Part shown: positions 25,697-39,609 of the stretch, in pieces
How the letters are laid out: the number at the start of each line of letters is the position of its first letter
Position numbering within the stretch: the stretch's first letter is position 1
From: Takakia lepidozioides
Taxonomy: Eukaryota > Plantae > Bryophyta
Reading direction: 5' to 3'
Assembly (NCBI GenBank): GCA_030704615.1
Contig: CM060733.1
Coordinates: forward strand, 34,410,001 to 34,474,000
Length of the DNA stretch: 64,000 bases
Program-made: the position numbers and the translations under genes
The notes under the pieces: model-generated
Told to the model about the DNA's origin: nothing
Seen by the model: only the letters and a program-made list of their open reading frames with translations
Database searches by the model: none

Positions 25697-28345
25697 ATGA
25701 ATGATGCAAGTGATAGGCTTTCATTGAACATTCCAATTGACGCGTCGTCATTCGACATGAAAGAATTGTCGGAGGAAGAAGGCGCGTGGTCTTCTTCCGT
25801 TGCAACATCCGACTTTGAACTTTCTGAAGAGTATGAGGACTACCAGGAGGGAAGCAGTGCAGAATCTGCTACTGCTGAAGGAGCTGGCGTCAAATTCAAA
25901 AAACGAAAAACAGCGACAGGGGTTAGTGGGACTGGAAACCCTTGGGATGAAGGCAACTTCTGGCCTTGTCCACATCTATACTCTAGTCTCTCTGTCATTT
26001 TGCGTCTTTGCATCAGACACCTTGACTCCGTAGCCTACTTTAGGGTTTGGGATGGTTGCTGTAGTCAGAGCTTCATAAACGCCCGGTCATCGTGGTGTCG
26101 AGTGCGCATCTGGCGAGCACATCTGATTGGGGTTGGTCTTATAAGTGAGGGGAGAAAATGTAGAAATCTGGGTGAGTGGGAACTGAGAACATCTAGACTC
26201 GACAGGGTACAGAAGTCAAGGAAACCAGCTCGGAAGTGGGAAGAATCTAAGTTCCTTAATGGCTTTTCATTTGTCCTTAGTTCTCCCTTTTGTGGATGTG
26301 GTAAAAGGTTGTCAAGTCCAGTTATTTGTAGATCTAAGAAGCTCGTATTTGCTGTGAAGTTCCTTGTAGGGCTTCATATATCCACATTACAATGTAATAA
26401 CATGACTGTCAAATCCTATGTCCAGAGCCCTTCCAACTGGTGTCTTTTCTTTTGTTCTTGTACTCATCTAATGAAAGCGGTTGTAGTCCTGTTCAGCTTG
26501 ATGAATTATATACAAACCACATACCTTATAGATATCATACCTAGGTAATGTAGAATTGAGGATGTCAAGGTGAGTGAGCCCTTTACCACATCCACAAGAG
26601 GGATAACTAAGGAGAAGCGAAAACACAGTCGCGGTCAAGTCTAGCTTATTTGTCAAGTTCATGTAAAGCTTCATATGTCCAGATTATAATGTAATGACAT
26701 GTACAACTTGCAGGTCCTATTTCCCAGCTTCATGTTTTCAGAGCCCTTCCAGCCTGTGTCACTTTTTGTGTTCTTTCATCAAATCAAAGTATTTGGACTC
26801 CTAGTGTTTCCAGACTGTGGATAGATTCAGGCAGTGATTTTTGGTCATTTGTCTTAATGCTCAATCAAGGGCCACTTGGGATTCTTCTCTATTTAATGAT
26901 CTTTCGTTGTTTGTAGTCCAAGGGTGTTAGGGTAATGTACATTGAAGAACAAAAATTTCTTCTATTTTGCCGGCGTGTTTTGCTTCTGGTGTTTTATGTT
27001 TGGGTATTGTGTCTTGTAGCATGTATTAGGGTTCACACTAGACTGGTGTGTCTGTCAGATAATGTAGCATGCTGATTAGCAATGTATTGGTTCAGTTGAG
27101 AGTCTTTCAGTACCTCTGAGGTAAATGTTGTAGGTGGCCTGTGTCTGGACATCATGTAATTATGCTATCTGAAATTGAGCACCTCTTTGACATTGTCGCA
27201 GCCCTTGACATTTCATGTTTTTTCGTCTGCGGATTTGGCCGAATTTTGGATAAGTGAAACAGTGCAAACAATTCTGCAAAGTATATGATTTACTACCATG
27301 AAATGCAGGCGCATGAGCAAAAATGTAATGCTAACACCAGGCTTCCCACTTGGCATCATCTGTTGTGGCTAAGTCGAGTCTGATTAGTTGCTGTGTGTGG
27401 GGTTGTGTGAAGGCAAGGGCAAAGGGAGCAAAAGCAGTTGAAGTTCCAGCATCAATCAATCCACCTGTAGGCTGGCATGGACAATGCAGCCGACCAGCCC
27501 CACAGTACCCACCGCAGCCTACCCATCAGTACAGGCAGCCAGTCAATCCATCTGTAGACTGGCCACCTCCAAGTGGACAATACAGCCAACGAGCCGCACA
27601 GTACCCACAGCAACCTACCCATCAGTACATACAGCCACAACAACCGCCAGCACAATGGGGACCTCCTCCAAGCCAATGGCACTGGGTGCCTTCCCAAGGT
27701 ACTGCACAACGCCCCTCCCCCATATTGTGTATGGTGCTCCTCCCACAAGCACACTTCCCACTTCAGACTTGAAGCGGGCACGATGTCAATCCAGAGGTTC
27801 AGATGCAACACAAGCCCGGGTGTTTGTACAGATAACCCTTCCTATTCCATTTCCATTGCTGTTATTATTATCATTACTAGAATTGGTGTTCAGTTTTGTT
27901 TCGTGCAACATTCAATATTTTCTTGATGTAGTTTAGAAACACTATGATATTATCATCTACATCTGTCATATATGTGGACAGGAAGGAGGAAGTGCCTTGA
28001 CATCCCTCCTCATTATCATGGAGGGCAAGCTCTCCAATATAGAAGTGCTGTTGGGAAAGCTTTCGGAGATAGAAAAACAGGTGGCCAAGCTGATGACACT
28101 CATGGAAGCAAGGGGGATGGGTTCTACTGGGAATGAGGTGCAGCCCACCGTGTCTCCTAGTGAGTTGGATATTGTACCAAGGCCTGCAACCAAAGGCCTT
28201 AGCTGTGCAAAAAGGGAAGGGAGGTAGGAAAGGCAACAAGTCAACGAAACCACTTAGTAAAAATCGTGGGGCTAAAAATCTGATCACCGTTAGCAATATG
28301 GAAGAAGAGCTGGTCAAAGGTGTTCGAAGGAGGGACAGAGTTTAA
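25697..28345 (+). pseudogene. Possible spliced gene remnant of unknown function (acidic N-terminus, P/Q-rich repeats, coiled-coil-like segment)
   Basis: Acidic ORF start 25697-25921 ends at a GT donor. 27450-27710 is an imperfect tandem duplication encoding PQYPPQPTHQY / AQYPQQPTHQY. 27982-28345 is an exon-like segment with a frame break. No recognisable domain. Confidence 0.3.
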
Positions 28346-28915
28346 GGGTTGATGAAATCAAAGACACCAGTCTCGGAACACGCCAGTCTCTTGGTAGCTG
28401 GTGTCTTCTTTGCTTCTTGTTGGCATCAAACAATCAAAAGGAGTTTAATGCCATGAGGGCTCAGTATCATCGCTATCAACTTTGGTGGCTGCTAATGGTG
28501 GCCTATTCTGACTTTGCATTAGAAAGTGGTTGCTTTCTTAGTGGTTATAAGGATCCACTCCCATCCCCCAACAACTGACTTCAGAACCATCTTCGCACTT
28601 GAAGATGTAATTACTGGGTTTTCCATGGCTTCTGATGACACTTCTGAGTTGCCATGCTTGTCCAAGTCATCAATCCTCAGTTTAAAAAATATGCATGTGC
28701 CTAACAGTTCCGAAAACCAGACATAGATTGCCAGCTGCGCTTCATGACATCAATCTTACGATAAATTTTATCATAAACAGCATGAGATTGACGTAAACAG
28801 CATCAACTTTTGTGCAGCATCAAAAAATGGGGACTGATTCAATATAGATGGAGGCTAAATTGGGCCTGTGTCTCTACAAAAGAGTTAAAACTGACCTAGC
28901 TGTGGTGCAAAGACA

Positions 28916-31900
28916 CTAAGACATAAGGTGTGTAAACACACTCTCCACACTACCATCGTGTTGCACCAACAGCTGTATTGCATCCCCTCTTGATAGTGCC
29001 AAAAACTCCTGCACACGTTCAACCCCCAAGTCATAACCAAAAACGGCTTTGAAATAGCTAGCTACTCATGAACAACATGGTGAGCCACTCGAGGGGAGGT
29101 ATTGAAAAACATTCATGGGCATAGTGCACACAATTTATCAAGAAAAACCAAGAGATCTCTCTCCCTCTCTCTCTCTCTCACTCCTTTTGCCACCACAAGG
29201 CCTTATGAGTACATTCTCTCTCTCTTTGCTGACCCAAGAATTCAAGCTTGCCAAAAGAGAAATCAAAGGCTACTTAAATTAAGGTTCTTCCAAACAATCA
29301 GTAAACCATGAAACAACATATAAAAGACTGAAAAGATATCAACTTCCCCCACTCAATAGTGTCAGTTATGTCCCACTTGACAAATTAATATTACACAAAT
29401 AGAAACTAACACCCCCCAGTATCACAGAAGCAAGCTACAATGGGAGTAGCTATAGGATGAAGACAAAGCAAATTTGTAAGTGCTTGGAGTTTTCACTCAA
29501 CAGCTTGTTGTTTTATCTACAAGAACGTCAAATTAAGACTCCTGCTGCAAAGAGGACAACACCACCCTGTATCCTTGAGACAGCAAACAAAGCCATGCAC
29601 CATAACAGTCCATGCACCATAACAGTCAAGAAAAGAAGAGATTTCACGCTAGTGTCACAAACCATAAGCGTCAGGATGGAAGCTTCATCAAAGAGAGGAC
29701 CCTCCCGAGGCAAATCAGATGGCTGGATGCCACTTGTATCGGTCGAGGACAAGCATGATGTACTGCCAGCCACTATGTTAACATCCTCCACCGAGGTCAC
29801 CGTAGACATTGTGGCCGGCTCACCCTCCTTGAGTGCAGTTAATTTGAGGAGGTCCGCAAATGGGTCAGCACACATTTGGAGCTTGAACCACAGTGTGTGT
29901 GTATACAGAGTGGCTCTCATTATCTTCGTTAGTTGTGGCTCTGCAATACCCAGGCTTGCCCCCAGCGCCACCTGAACCCCATGCCGCCAATGCCCCTCAG
30001 GAGATATGGAGACATAAGACAGCACTATATCAAAGTGACAGTAAGGACCAAACCGCAAATCCTAAGGCCACCCTTAGCCACATCTGAATGTGTGAATAAC
30101 ACTCAGCTTCCTTGACATAGACTATAGTAAGGATCATGGACAGCATGCTAGAACACACAGACTACCTGGAGAGCAGCAGCTAGCACAGGTGGTGGTGTAG
30201 GCTTGAAAGCAAGATCTCCTCTGGGCCGGGCTAATGCAAGGAGTGTCTCTTTCAAAGACCTGAGCAAGTCAGGAAACTTGGCGGCCAGAGGGCCCAGGTC
30301 AGCCCGTGCAATACCCAAGGCTCTGGAGTAGTTCCCTGCTTCAACCAACTTAAGAAACTCTACCTGTGGGTACATACCACAACAGAGAACACATTTAGGA
30401 ACCAACGGGATGCTTTCTTAGAATCACTATTCACATGCTTGGAACATTGGTTATGTTTGAGGCTGGGGAGGCAACCCTGCTGGTTGCTTGTACCTTCCTA
30501 GGCATAACCACCCCAGTAGCCCATGCAGGAAAGCACGACATGCGTAACTAAGCCTTGTTTAGTCAGCCGATCAGGCAAATAACCAAGAACCAACAGGTTA
30601 AAGACCCCTGCAGAAAAGCAAACAGGGCCAAGAACCAAACAACAAAGTCGCTGAGAAAATACCACTATTTACTCTCACATTGTAGAAAACTCCCATTCAT
30701 ATGTTTATGTCGACCAAAAATTTATAGATCACTAGACAGTGAACATGTCTCTCATGAACATGCAAATACGTAGTAACGGCCCCAAAAAAATACCAGGGAG
30801 CAAATGAACTAGCACACTAGGCTTGAAAAGTAAAGATGCACATTCACTTGCTGAATTGCAAGATGTGCTTGTAAAGTCCTCATGTGTTAATGGACTGACA
30901 TCAAACACTGTGGAGGAACCACCCAATACCAGAAATACTTTTCAAACTGGCTGCACGGCCACAGCCTACCTGCTTCAGCTGGAAGAGGAGCTGTGGGTTC
31001 TGCTCAAAGAAACTCGGGTTCAAACGGTGCACTTCATCAATCACTTCCTCCGTCTTGCCTTCACTTGCCATCTGCCGAATTTCAAGTGCTCGCTCATACT
31101 TCTCAAAAACCAACTCTTCAGGTTCCTGATTCAGATTCAGGTTCAGACTCAGTCACTTTATTTTTCAGCAGACAAAATCCAACATAACTGTCAGCTACTC
31201 TTTAACCTCCACTTCTACAGCAAAATGACAGAATCCTCATAACAGATGCTCAGTTTGATTGGGACACATTTCGCAATTTCCAATCTAAAATCAAAGCTGT
31301 TCACTGACATTGTTTGCCACTGTTTGTGCATCTATGACCATAGCTGTCTCCTCTGCTTCATTTACGTTTGCTGGACTTAGATCTTCTCGGGATATACACT
31401 TTGAGGACTCCAAGTTTGGCCCCCACAAGCCCTGAACAAAATCTCGTGCCCTAGCAGTCTGCCTTCTCCCTTTCCATCTCCTGCGTGCCATTGAAGACAG
31501 GCTTGTGTTCCCTTTCCCGACTCCATTCAGTTGGCCTTCTGAACGCATGCCATTGATGCTGGCATGGGACGACCCACTTGTACTGCACCCGCCGCAGTTT
31601 CGTATACTTTCGGTCACTCCTACGTTGTCAACACCTTCAGAGATGCTTTTCCTAACCACTGCAGACAGACACATACTGAGTAACATACATCCCCAATACA
31701 GAGGCTATCACCAGAGACACTACCACAAACAAAACAAAAGAGCCCCCCAGTGACAGAAAACGTAATATGCCTGCTTCCCCGTATATATAGGTGTCACAAC
31801 CTTGCAGAGAAGGTTGAACACGTAGACAAGATTCACTTAGCATTGCAATGTAGCTCAAGAAACAAAATAGAAACTCACTCCTAGCAACCATTTTAATAAC

Positions 31901-32692
31901 TCCAAGACTAAGAACATACAGCTCAGGACTGGAAAACCTTGCTAAGGTTATGAGGTTCTATCTCAGGGTCTATCAAAAGCTAGGATGTTTCAGTGCAAAG
32001 CGATAACATCTAGTTGCTTTAAAGAATGAGTCTGAGACCATAATAGCACTGGATTAAAATTTATGTGGGGCTCCTAAGCAGATCATTATGCAGCTGGTAA
32101 CCCATGTACTGCCTGTACCTTCGGCCACACAGCCATTGGCTAGGTCCTCCATACACACATCACTTGTTGTACTATCTGACTGCTCCACTTCAGAGGAGCC
32201 AGCTACTCGAGCAGAGTTTTCTGTATCAGCCTTGATCCCTATTTCATTAGCCTCCGTGAAACATTCATGCACAACCTCCAATCCTGCACACTTGCTCACA
32301 CCTGGCTCTTGCTCTGCAGCTTGGGCTGGGGCCAAAGAGGAATTTAGAGAAGGTCCCCTGGTCCCAATGGCTTTAAGGGAATTCACTATGCCAGTTGCAA
32401 GCACATCTGTTAACTGCGCTGCCACTGGGTCGTTTGATGATCCCTTGCCATTAACTGGATAGGGGGGCCCACCCTCAATTAGGCCTCTGTAGACACAATA
32501 TTCTCGCACCAGCTCGTCAATTGTGCCCACATTTACCCTCAATCGGCTTAACTCATTCTGCCATGCAAAAGAGACAGCTGCAGCCAGGTTAGACTAGTCG
32601 ACAGGTAGTCCCTAACACAGTGCTCTTTTTACACAATTACGTTCCTCAACGGACTTTCTCTCTCCCTCTCTCTCCAAACAACGTCTTATGAG

Positions 32693-32750
<58 letters not shown>

Positions 32751-35700
32751 GTGGCAGTTCTAAGTTTCTTTCTTTCTCCCTCTTTCACCCTTAGACAATC
32801 ACTTGAACAATAGTTCTTTTCTCTGACTCTGGTTTCCTGTTTTCTCTCATGTTTTTCTTTCCATTTTGTCCCATAAGCTCTATGAGCTTTCCGCGGACGA
32901 AATAAAGCACCATTTCATTTCATTTCCCTCTCTCAATCTTCTCCCCTGGAACATTTTTCCCTCCGTCTATGTCCCCTTTGAAACTTGATTATTTTCTATT
33001 TATTGAGATGGAGAAAAACATTTTCTGCTTTTGTAGTGCCTGGACATGCATAGCCCTCCAATCGTGTGGCCAAAATACCTATTCCCCTGGTGATTCTCCT
33101 TACCTAGACAGCTTGGTGAGGATCAGCACTCGCACAAAATATCTAGAGCACAGTTGAATCAACAGTTGATTAATTATTTAGTTACTGGTGCCTGCAATTC
33201 AGGTTTCAGACCTACAACCAGTGTTAAATATTGCCTCTTGTAGCCCCCTGATGGACCCACGGTATAACCACATCACAGATTACAAATTAGAAAATTTGAT
33301 TAGAGCTTAAAAATATATATTGCCACACCAACCTTAAACGCAGTCAGGAGGTCACCACTTGCATACCGCAGGCTATCCACTGCCCCCTGCCTAGGCAATT
33401 CCACTGCGTGCGCTAAACCTTGCACGTCGCTCTGGTCCATATACCATTCAACAAGAACATCACACAGTTTACACTGGCAGCTTTGTTATTCATGCAAATG
33501 TAACCCACATAATCCTTAGGAACTCCGGCTGAAGCTCGAACTAAACAGGTCCTTGACCAATAGCCCCCGATATAATGTCCAACAGAGTGAAACCACACAT
33601 CAACCACTACCCCAAAAAAATTCTTGAGCTGTCTACTTCAAAAGGATTGGTTGAGGAGGCTGATCGATATCAGGTTGCAAAACTGATAAGCTAATTGCTA
33701 CCAGAAACAACTCATTGAATGCTCTCTGTGTACCCTCTCTCTCCACTGTTCTTCAATGTTTTCATCAACCAATTTGGGCTGAAGGTGGTTCTGCCACCAT
33801 ACCAGCTCTTATGTTTGCAGATGACTTCGCGGGCCTATGGATAATCCATCCAATCTTCAAGAGTTGATTGATTGTGCGAAGAAGTATTTTGACTTTTGGT
33901 AGATAGAAGCCAACGTTATTAAATGCATGGTGGTGGCCTTATTTGGAGAGGGAATCTCAAATTGCTTCAGGGCAATGAAGAAATCTCTGTGCTCCCTTCC
34001 TACACACATCTTGTTGTTGATTTCTCCTCCAGTTGTAGCTGGGATACGCATATACAAAAAGTGGTGCAAGCAGCTAAACGTAAAGCTTTGGGTCCCACTA
34101 AATTTTCCCACTGCTGAAGTTTAAAGGACCATGCTTGCAACATCATTACGCCTACCTTGGAGTATGCATCTTTTAAATATGGGATGGAAACTCCAACCAT
34201 GCTAAGACTTTATTCAGCTTTCGGTGCTCAAGAAGAGCGGGTCAGCATGCTCTCAAACAGCTAACATAGCTGTTCAGGGCAAGCTTGCCCTTGAGCTCTC
34301 AACTGATGAGTTCAAGGTCAGATGGTGGGCTCAGTTGAATCACATGCATGATACCAGATACCCCAAGATGATGACTCTATTGCTTGGAAGCCCAAACTGG
34401 GCGGCAGGGTCCATGGTCACAAGGCTACGGCAAACAACGTCTTATGAGTACATTCTATTGCTTGGAAGGCAAGACCATCCTGTTCAACAGGTAAGTTCCT
34501 GGCACAGAAGGACATAGGAGATTTTCTAAGTACCTTGAATATTATGCAGGAAGAACTGACCCTGCTAGATGAAGCTGAGTTGGCGACTGAAGTATCTAAG
34601 GCTATATCGGAAGTATGAAGAATGTCTGAACCAAACGAAGTTGAACATGAAACTTCCCTGAACTTAATTTCCAGTCTGTGACATGGGTAAGGACCTTATG
34701 AAGGGCGTACCTATCCTCGGCACTTGACTGAAATTTAAACTCAGGACGGGGAGTCTACCTTTGAGCAATAAACAGATGGAAGAGAGGAAAGGGAGATTGT
34801 CAATGCCCAATGTGCTGGCAGCCGGAAGACAATAGCCATGTTCTGATACAATCTCTGGGGTATTCTCATCAGAGAGCCCCCATCTTCAGAACATTATGAA
34901 CACAGTCCCCGCACCTCTGTTCACCAACTTTCAAAATCTCGAGGCCGAGCCTAAACCCCTGGTCCTGTTGGGGTCTAATTGCTGGGCAGATCACACACAG
35001 CAGATTGATGCTCATGTGAAGTGCTTTCTAGAGGAAATCTAGAAAGCTCCAATTATCTATATAAAGGTAAGCCCCACTACTGGAGTCAGCCGCTCACAAA
35101 GGTAGTGTCTGTTCCCTCTTGTTCCGCCCAAACTGGTCGCAGGGTCTATATGAGTACATTCTCTGTGTATACATAGGCAAACAACGTTTAATGAGTACAT
35201 TCTCTCTGCGTACATTATAAAGTTCATGTGTTTCTTTGTTTCTCCTTTCTCATTGTTCTACTTTATGCCACCTCCTGTGGGGACATTGAAAAGTTTCTAC
35301 ATTTTGTCAAGTTTATTTCTTTCTTAGTTTGTCACATGGGCACCCCAGACATTAATAAGCTTTCATTTTACTTTCTCTCTCTGGCAAACTATGAGCTGAG
35401 TACAGAAAGCCCATTATAACGCAAAGGTGTCAGTTAAGAACCTCATTGAACTTCGGGGCTTCCATAAGGCACTCCTGGGGCATAGCAGGTGGATCACGCT
35501 CCTTGGACAGTACAGTCACAGCAACATCTGTTATTGGTGAAGCCACACCTTGCCGGAGGCAGTAGCCATTATGCATACTGGAAAATAGTGCTGACATGAT
35601 ATTAGCCAATTATATTAAAACCTCCTAAGAAGGTCTGAAGAGCCGAATTGCAGATCCAGGCACAAGTAGTTGTTAGGGGTCTTACCTCAAGTGGATAGCA

Positions 35701-38700
35701 GTAAATAGAAGTGACATAAGTAGGGGTACAAAGAGTTCCCTCCCAAGTGCAGTAGTCCTCACAAATGTTATTTGAAGGAAGTACCGAATGGAAGATCTTT
35801 GTTCATGGTAAACTATGTAGGAAGTCCGGCTAGTGTCCACAGAGGGGGATTAGTGACTAACTGTGCATACGGTGTGAGCATCTGTCCAACTGTGCTGGGT
35901 AGATACACAGGAAGGCATAAAAAACCTTGATAATAATCAAATTGCATGTGTTGTCACCATAAGTTGAGAAACCAATGTAATGGAGATAAAAACCTCAACC
36001 AACCTGATTAAGTATCGGAGGGTCAGGGAGAACAAGGGATCGTACGCCTGCGACTGAGCCTTGAGAGTGCTAGCAATGGTGGCCGCCAGCTCAGCCCTCC
36101 TGACTTCTGACCACTACTACACAGCGTCCCCAACCCAAGCCTTCAGTCACTGAAGTTACAAGACCTAACAATCATGAGTAACCAATGGAAGTGCAAAACC
36201 CCCAAGACCCATCCTTACTCAACATAAACCATTCACACACATATATATAACAACAACACCCTACTTTCTGCCATTCATTTCCTGCTGTATCACCCAACTA
36301 ATATGTGCTAGTACATATTGAAAGTCTCCTCACAAAGCACAGTGGCTCTCTAAACCCCCGCTGACAAAAGGCTCACCCCAGTGAAGACAGGCTAACAGTT
36401 GTCCTGCATGCTCATATTGCATATCATTGTAGGTGAGACAAAGCTGTAAGAAGAATGTCTTCAAATTAGTGGGAAGGAAAAGCACACCTCTTCGGCCACA
36501 GGGGAAGTACAGTCATCTTTGTCATACATCAGAGCTAAGAGAACTCGCTTGAACTCTTCATAAGCTTCCTGCACACACGCCCCCATGTAAGATACAGCCA
36601 TTGATTGAAACACCCGCTCAAACCCAACCTGATCACTGCAATATCACAAATACACATGCAAAACACATACTAGATGCAGATCATTTGGACAATTTGTGGT
36701 TGCACAGAGAGAAATAACTTATGTTGCTTCTGTTTAATGCTCGTAAGCAACCAATAGCCAACTGTCTAGCTGCATGGCACTGTGCATACACAAACATAAT
36801 GGTATCCATCAGGGGTTCCACATAGCAATGAGATCAACAGAACAGATGACCCCCTTCTGCAACTAAATGCCAACCACTATTGGTTTAGGTGGACTGACTA
36901 GTTCTGATGGACCTTCGCTCTTAGATTCTGTCTGGAAAGATTAAAAACTAACAAGAATTTGAAGAAAACATTGAAATTATTTGAGCTTCATGCACAGTTC
37001 ATATCATCCCATGGAGGATGGGCCACATCAAACTCCTTGAGACTGCCTCACACTTAGCTATTCCAGTACGACTTCCCAAAAAGACTCCTATCGCTCTTGT
37101 CCTCCTTTTGGTAACAGATAAGCTGAATTATCGGACAACCCACATGGAAATTGAGAAACTGTGCAGAGCAGTGTAAAAGAGGGACTCACAGGGTAGGCAT
37201 TGAGAGCGCATGGTCCAAGGTGTGAGCGAGAGCACTCAATTGCCTGCGCAACTGCATCTGCCCCTCCACTCCTCAGCAACTCTATGAACTTCTGCTTGGC
37301 AAACAAATAATACCACACAGCTAGACTGAGACATAACACATGTGCAAAGTTGTGCAGGCTCACCCAGATCACTATTGCACCTATGTGAAGCGTCCATGTA
37401 TCTATCAAACCAGATGGTTGAATGAACTCGGGCGTAGGGCCATCAATTGATTTCAGGTCACTTGTCAGATGACATACTTGAGCTAACTACCAATTATTGT
37501 CTTACAAAATCCTTGAACCCCTCATCGCCCATGAGTGAAGACTCTTGTTGGTGCCTTTTATTCAAATCATCGCCCTACAATCCCAACTGACCATTGGACC
37601 GTCATCAGAGAAGCCAACTCCTAATCCACTAGCAGAGTCGCCAACATATGAATTCTCCTCCTCCCCATCCCAATCACTATCATCATCTAAATCATGAGGG
37701 TGTTTTCACCCAACAACTCAGTGACAATATGCTGCACATTGCATAACTGAAGTACACATCAATCTTAACATCAGTCTCACCAGGTCCACCCTCCACAAAG
37801 GACAGCACAAAACGGACAGTGGATGCCCTAAAGGGCAAGTACTCCCAAACCCTTCCTACGCCTTCCCCCTTCTTTCCTCTCGTTCTTGAACAACAATGTT
37901 GCTCACAGTGCAACACCCATTGGTCCCATCTGCTGAAATGAGGGCTAAAGGAGGAGTGCCTGAATCTCATATATGAATCTCACTGCACAAATCCAACTCT
38001 GACTGCAAGCAATACAGTGATTTCAAGCTGAGTCCATAGGCCAAGGTTGGTTGAAACCCCACAACCACCTCTGAGTGGGTAAGCATCCTCCTGGGACACT
38101 GCCCTCAGACATATGTCCTAGCCAACATTTGTCAGGGAGTAAATCCTCTTGTAAACAGACTAATTTTCATACTACTTTAGTACAACTTAGCTGAAAACAC
38201 ACTTCAGCATGTGTGACTTAGATAGTACAGAAATACATACACCTCCCCCAGCCGACTTGCAAGATTCAGTTTGACTCTTACTGGTAGCACAGCCAATTAA
38301 CGAAAAGCATTTGTCACCTGTGGGTTTATAGCCAGAAGGCTAACCTTATGGGAACCATGTTACAGCTTAGGAAGACACATTGTCCCCAATGGACACAATA
38401 CAGTTTCTCTCTCTCGCAGCTAACACACAGCATGCTTGAGTGAACGGCTTTCTAGAGGATATCTGGAAAGACCCCAACTAATTGTTTATATCAAGGTAAG
38501 TCCCACTACCCGAGTGAGCCCCTCACAATGGTAGTCTGTCCCATCTTCTTTCACCCAAACTTCATGCAATGCTTGAGGAGTAATTTGGTTTCTCTGGTTC
38601 TCCTTGTGTCCCCTGGATCCTTTTGGCCCCCATGGACAGGAAAATCTTACTATCTTTCCCTCTTCTCTAAGTCATACCCCCACAGGAAGTACAGAGAAAT

Positions 38701-38962
38701 AGAGACAGACCTGTTTATGCAATCGGAAGAGGAGGTGTTGGTCTTCCAAAACAACCGGGGCATGTTCCTGCATAAGATGGAGAGCCTCTGTGATGCAGCC
38801 TGCCTCTATCAGCACTCGGATGAGCTCTATCGTATGGCGGGGGCTAGTGTTGCTGAGTGGTGGCGACAGCACATCCCCTGGCCTGTCCAATAAAAGCTCT
38901 GCCTCTGCATAGTCTAACACTAGTGCATCAAGCACACCCCAATTCACAGGTTGTGTGTCCAT
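28916..38962 (-). CDS. CTLH/CRA-domain protein (similar to Arabidopsis At5g66810), about 774 aa, 12 exons
   Basis: Exons (minus) 38711-38962, 37190-37291, 36488-36568, 36004-36113, 35442-35577, 33333-33431, 32119-32557, 31309-31658, 30970-31125, 30166-30363, 29663-29971, 28916-29008; GT-AG with consistent phases. Motifs MDTQPVNWGVLDALVLDYA, LLFRLHKQKFIELLR, EAYEEFKRVLLAL, QNPQLLFQLKQVEFL and EFLALSRGDAIQLL. Confidence 0.9.
32698..32746 (+). repeat. (CT)n microsatellite preceded by a LINE 3'-tail motif
   Basis: AAACAACGTCTTATGAGTACAAT followed by about 24 CT units. Confidence 0.85.
33640..35215 (+). mobile_element. Degenerate intronic non-LTR retrotransposon (RT C-terminal half and 3' tail; RTE-X/CR1/L2-like, clade uncertain)
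   Basis: Motifs CTLSPLFFNVFIN..PALMFADDFAG (RT), YTHLVVDFSSSCSWDTHIQKV and LRPTLEYAS-like. Ends in the family tail GGCAAACAACGT(C/T)TATGAGTACATTCTCTC. Confidence 0.8.
38420..38560 (+). mobile_element. Fragment of the same LINE family
   Basis: TTTCTAGAGGATATCTGGAAA..AAGGTAAGTCCCACTAC matches 35025-35130 and 39917-40030. Confidence 0.7.
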
Positions 38963-39609
38963 CAGGCTGTCCCTGCACCAGAAAAACCATAGACATAGAA
39001 AACTTGAGAGGGAGAGTAAAACGGAATAAAAAAAAGGACAAGATACAAGCAACCTGTGTCCCTTCCAGTATAACCTGAGACTTATTCCATGTCTTCCGTG
39101 AGCAAAGTTAGACAAGATCCCCCCAAAATCAAAAAACATCATTTTTCTCCATTCGAAATCCTAAGTGATGTACCGTCTAATGCTCCCTGCCCTGAAGGCC
39201 TACAGCAGTCCTTATCCTGCAGCCCAACCCCTGTTGTGCCAATGCACACCCTCCCTGACAAGCTCCACCTGCAAGACTTCTGTAATCTCTTTCTCCCAAC
39301 AAGAATGCGGACCTGCTGCTAAAGGTGAACCCCTAAGTGCTGGCACCTAAAATTTTACCTTGCACTATCAGAGGCAAGCTATGGCATGGATACAAGAAAA
39401 ATATCGCCAACCTCATAAATTCCGTCAGTCAGGAAATGGCTCTTGTAAACCCAACAGGAAATGGCTCTTCAAATCCAGCTGCACACTGCAAAAGCCAGCA
39501 GGATGATATTAGCCAAAATTTGGAGATAAAAGGGTGCGAAGAGGTATACCTGTGAGTGCTGACTTCCTCAGTTTCAAAGACCATCTGAAATCGCATCCCT
39601 CCATCCATG

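Noticed and set aside
25922-26548. C-terminal two-thirds of the 283-aa ORF 25697-26548 as real protein
   Set aside because: Composition changes after a GT donor at about 25922 and runs through T-rich repeat-containing sequence, so this is probably intron read-through.
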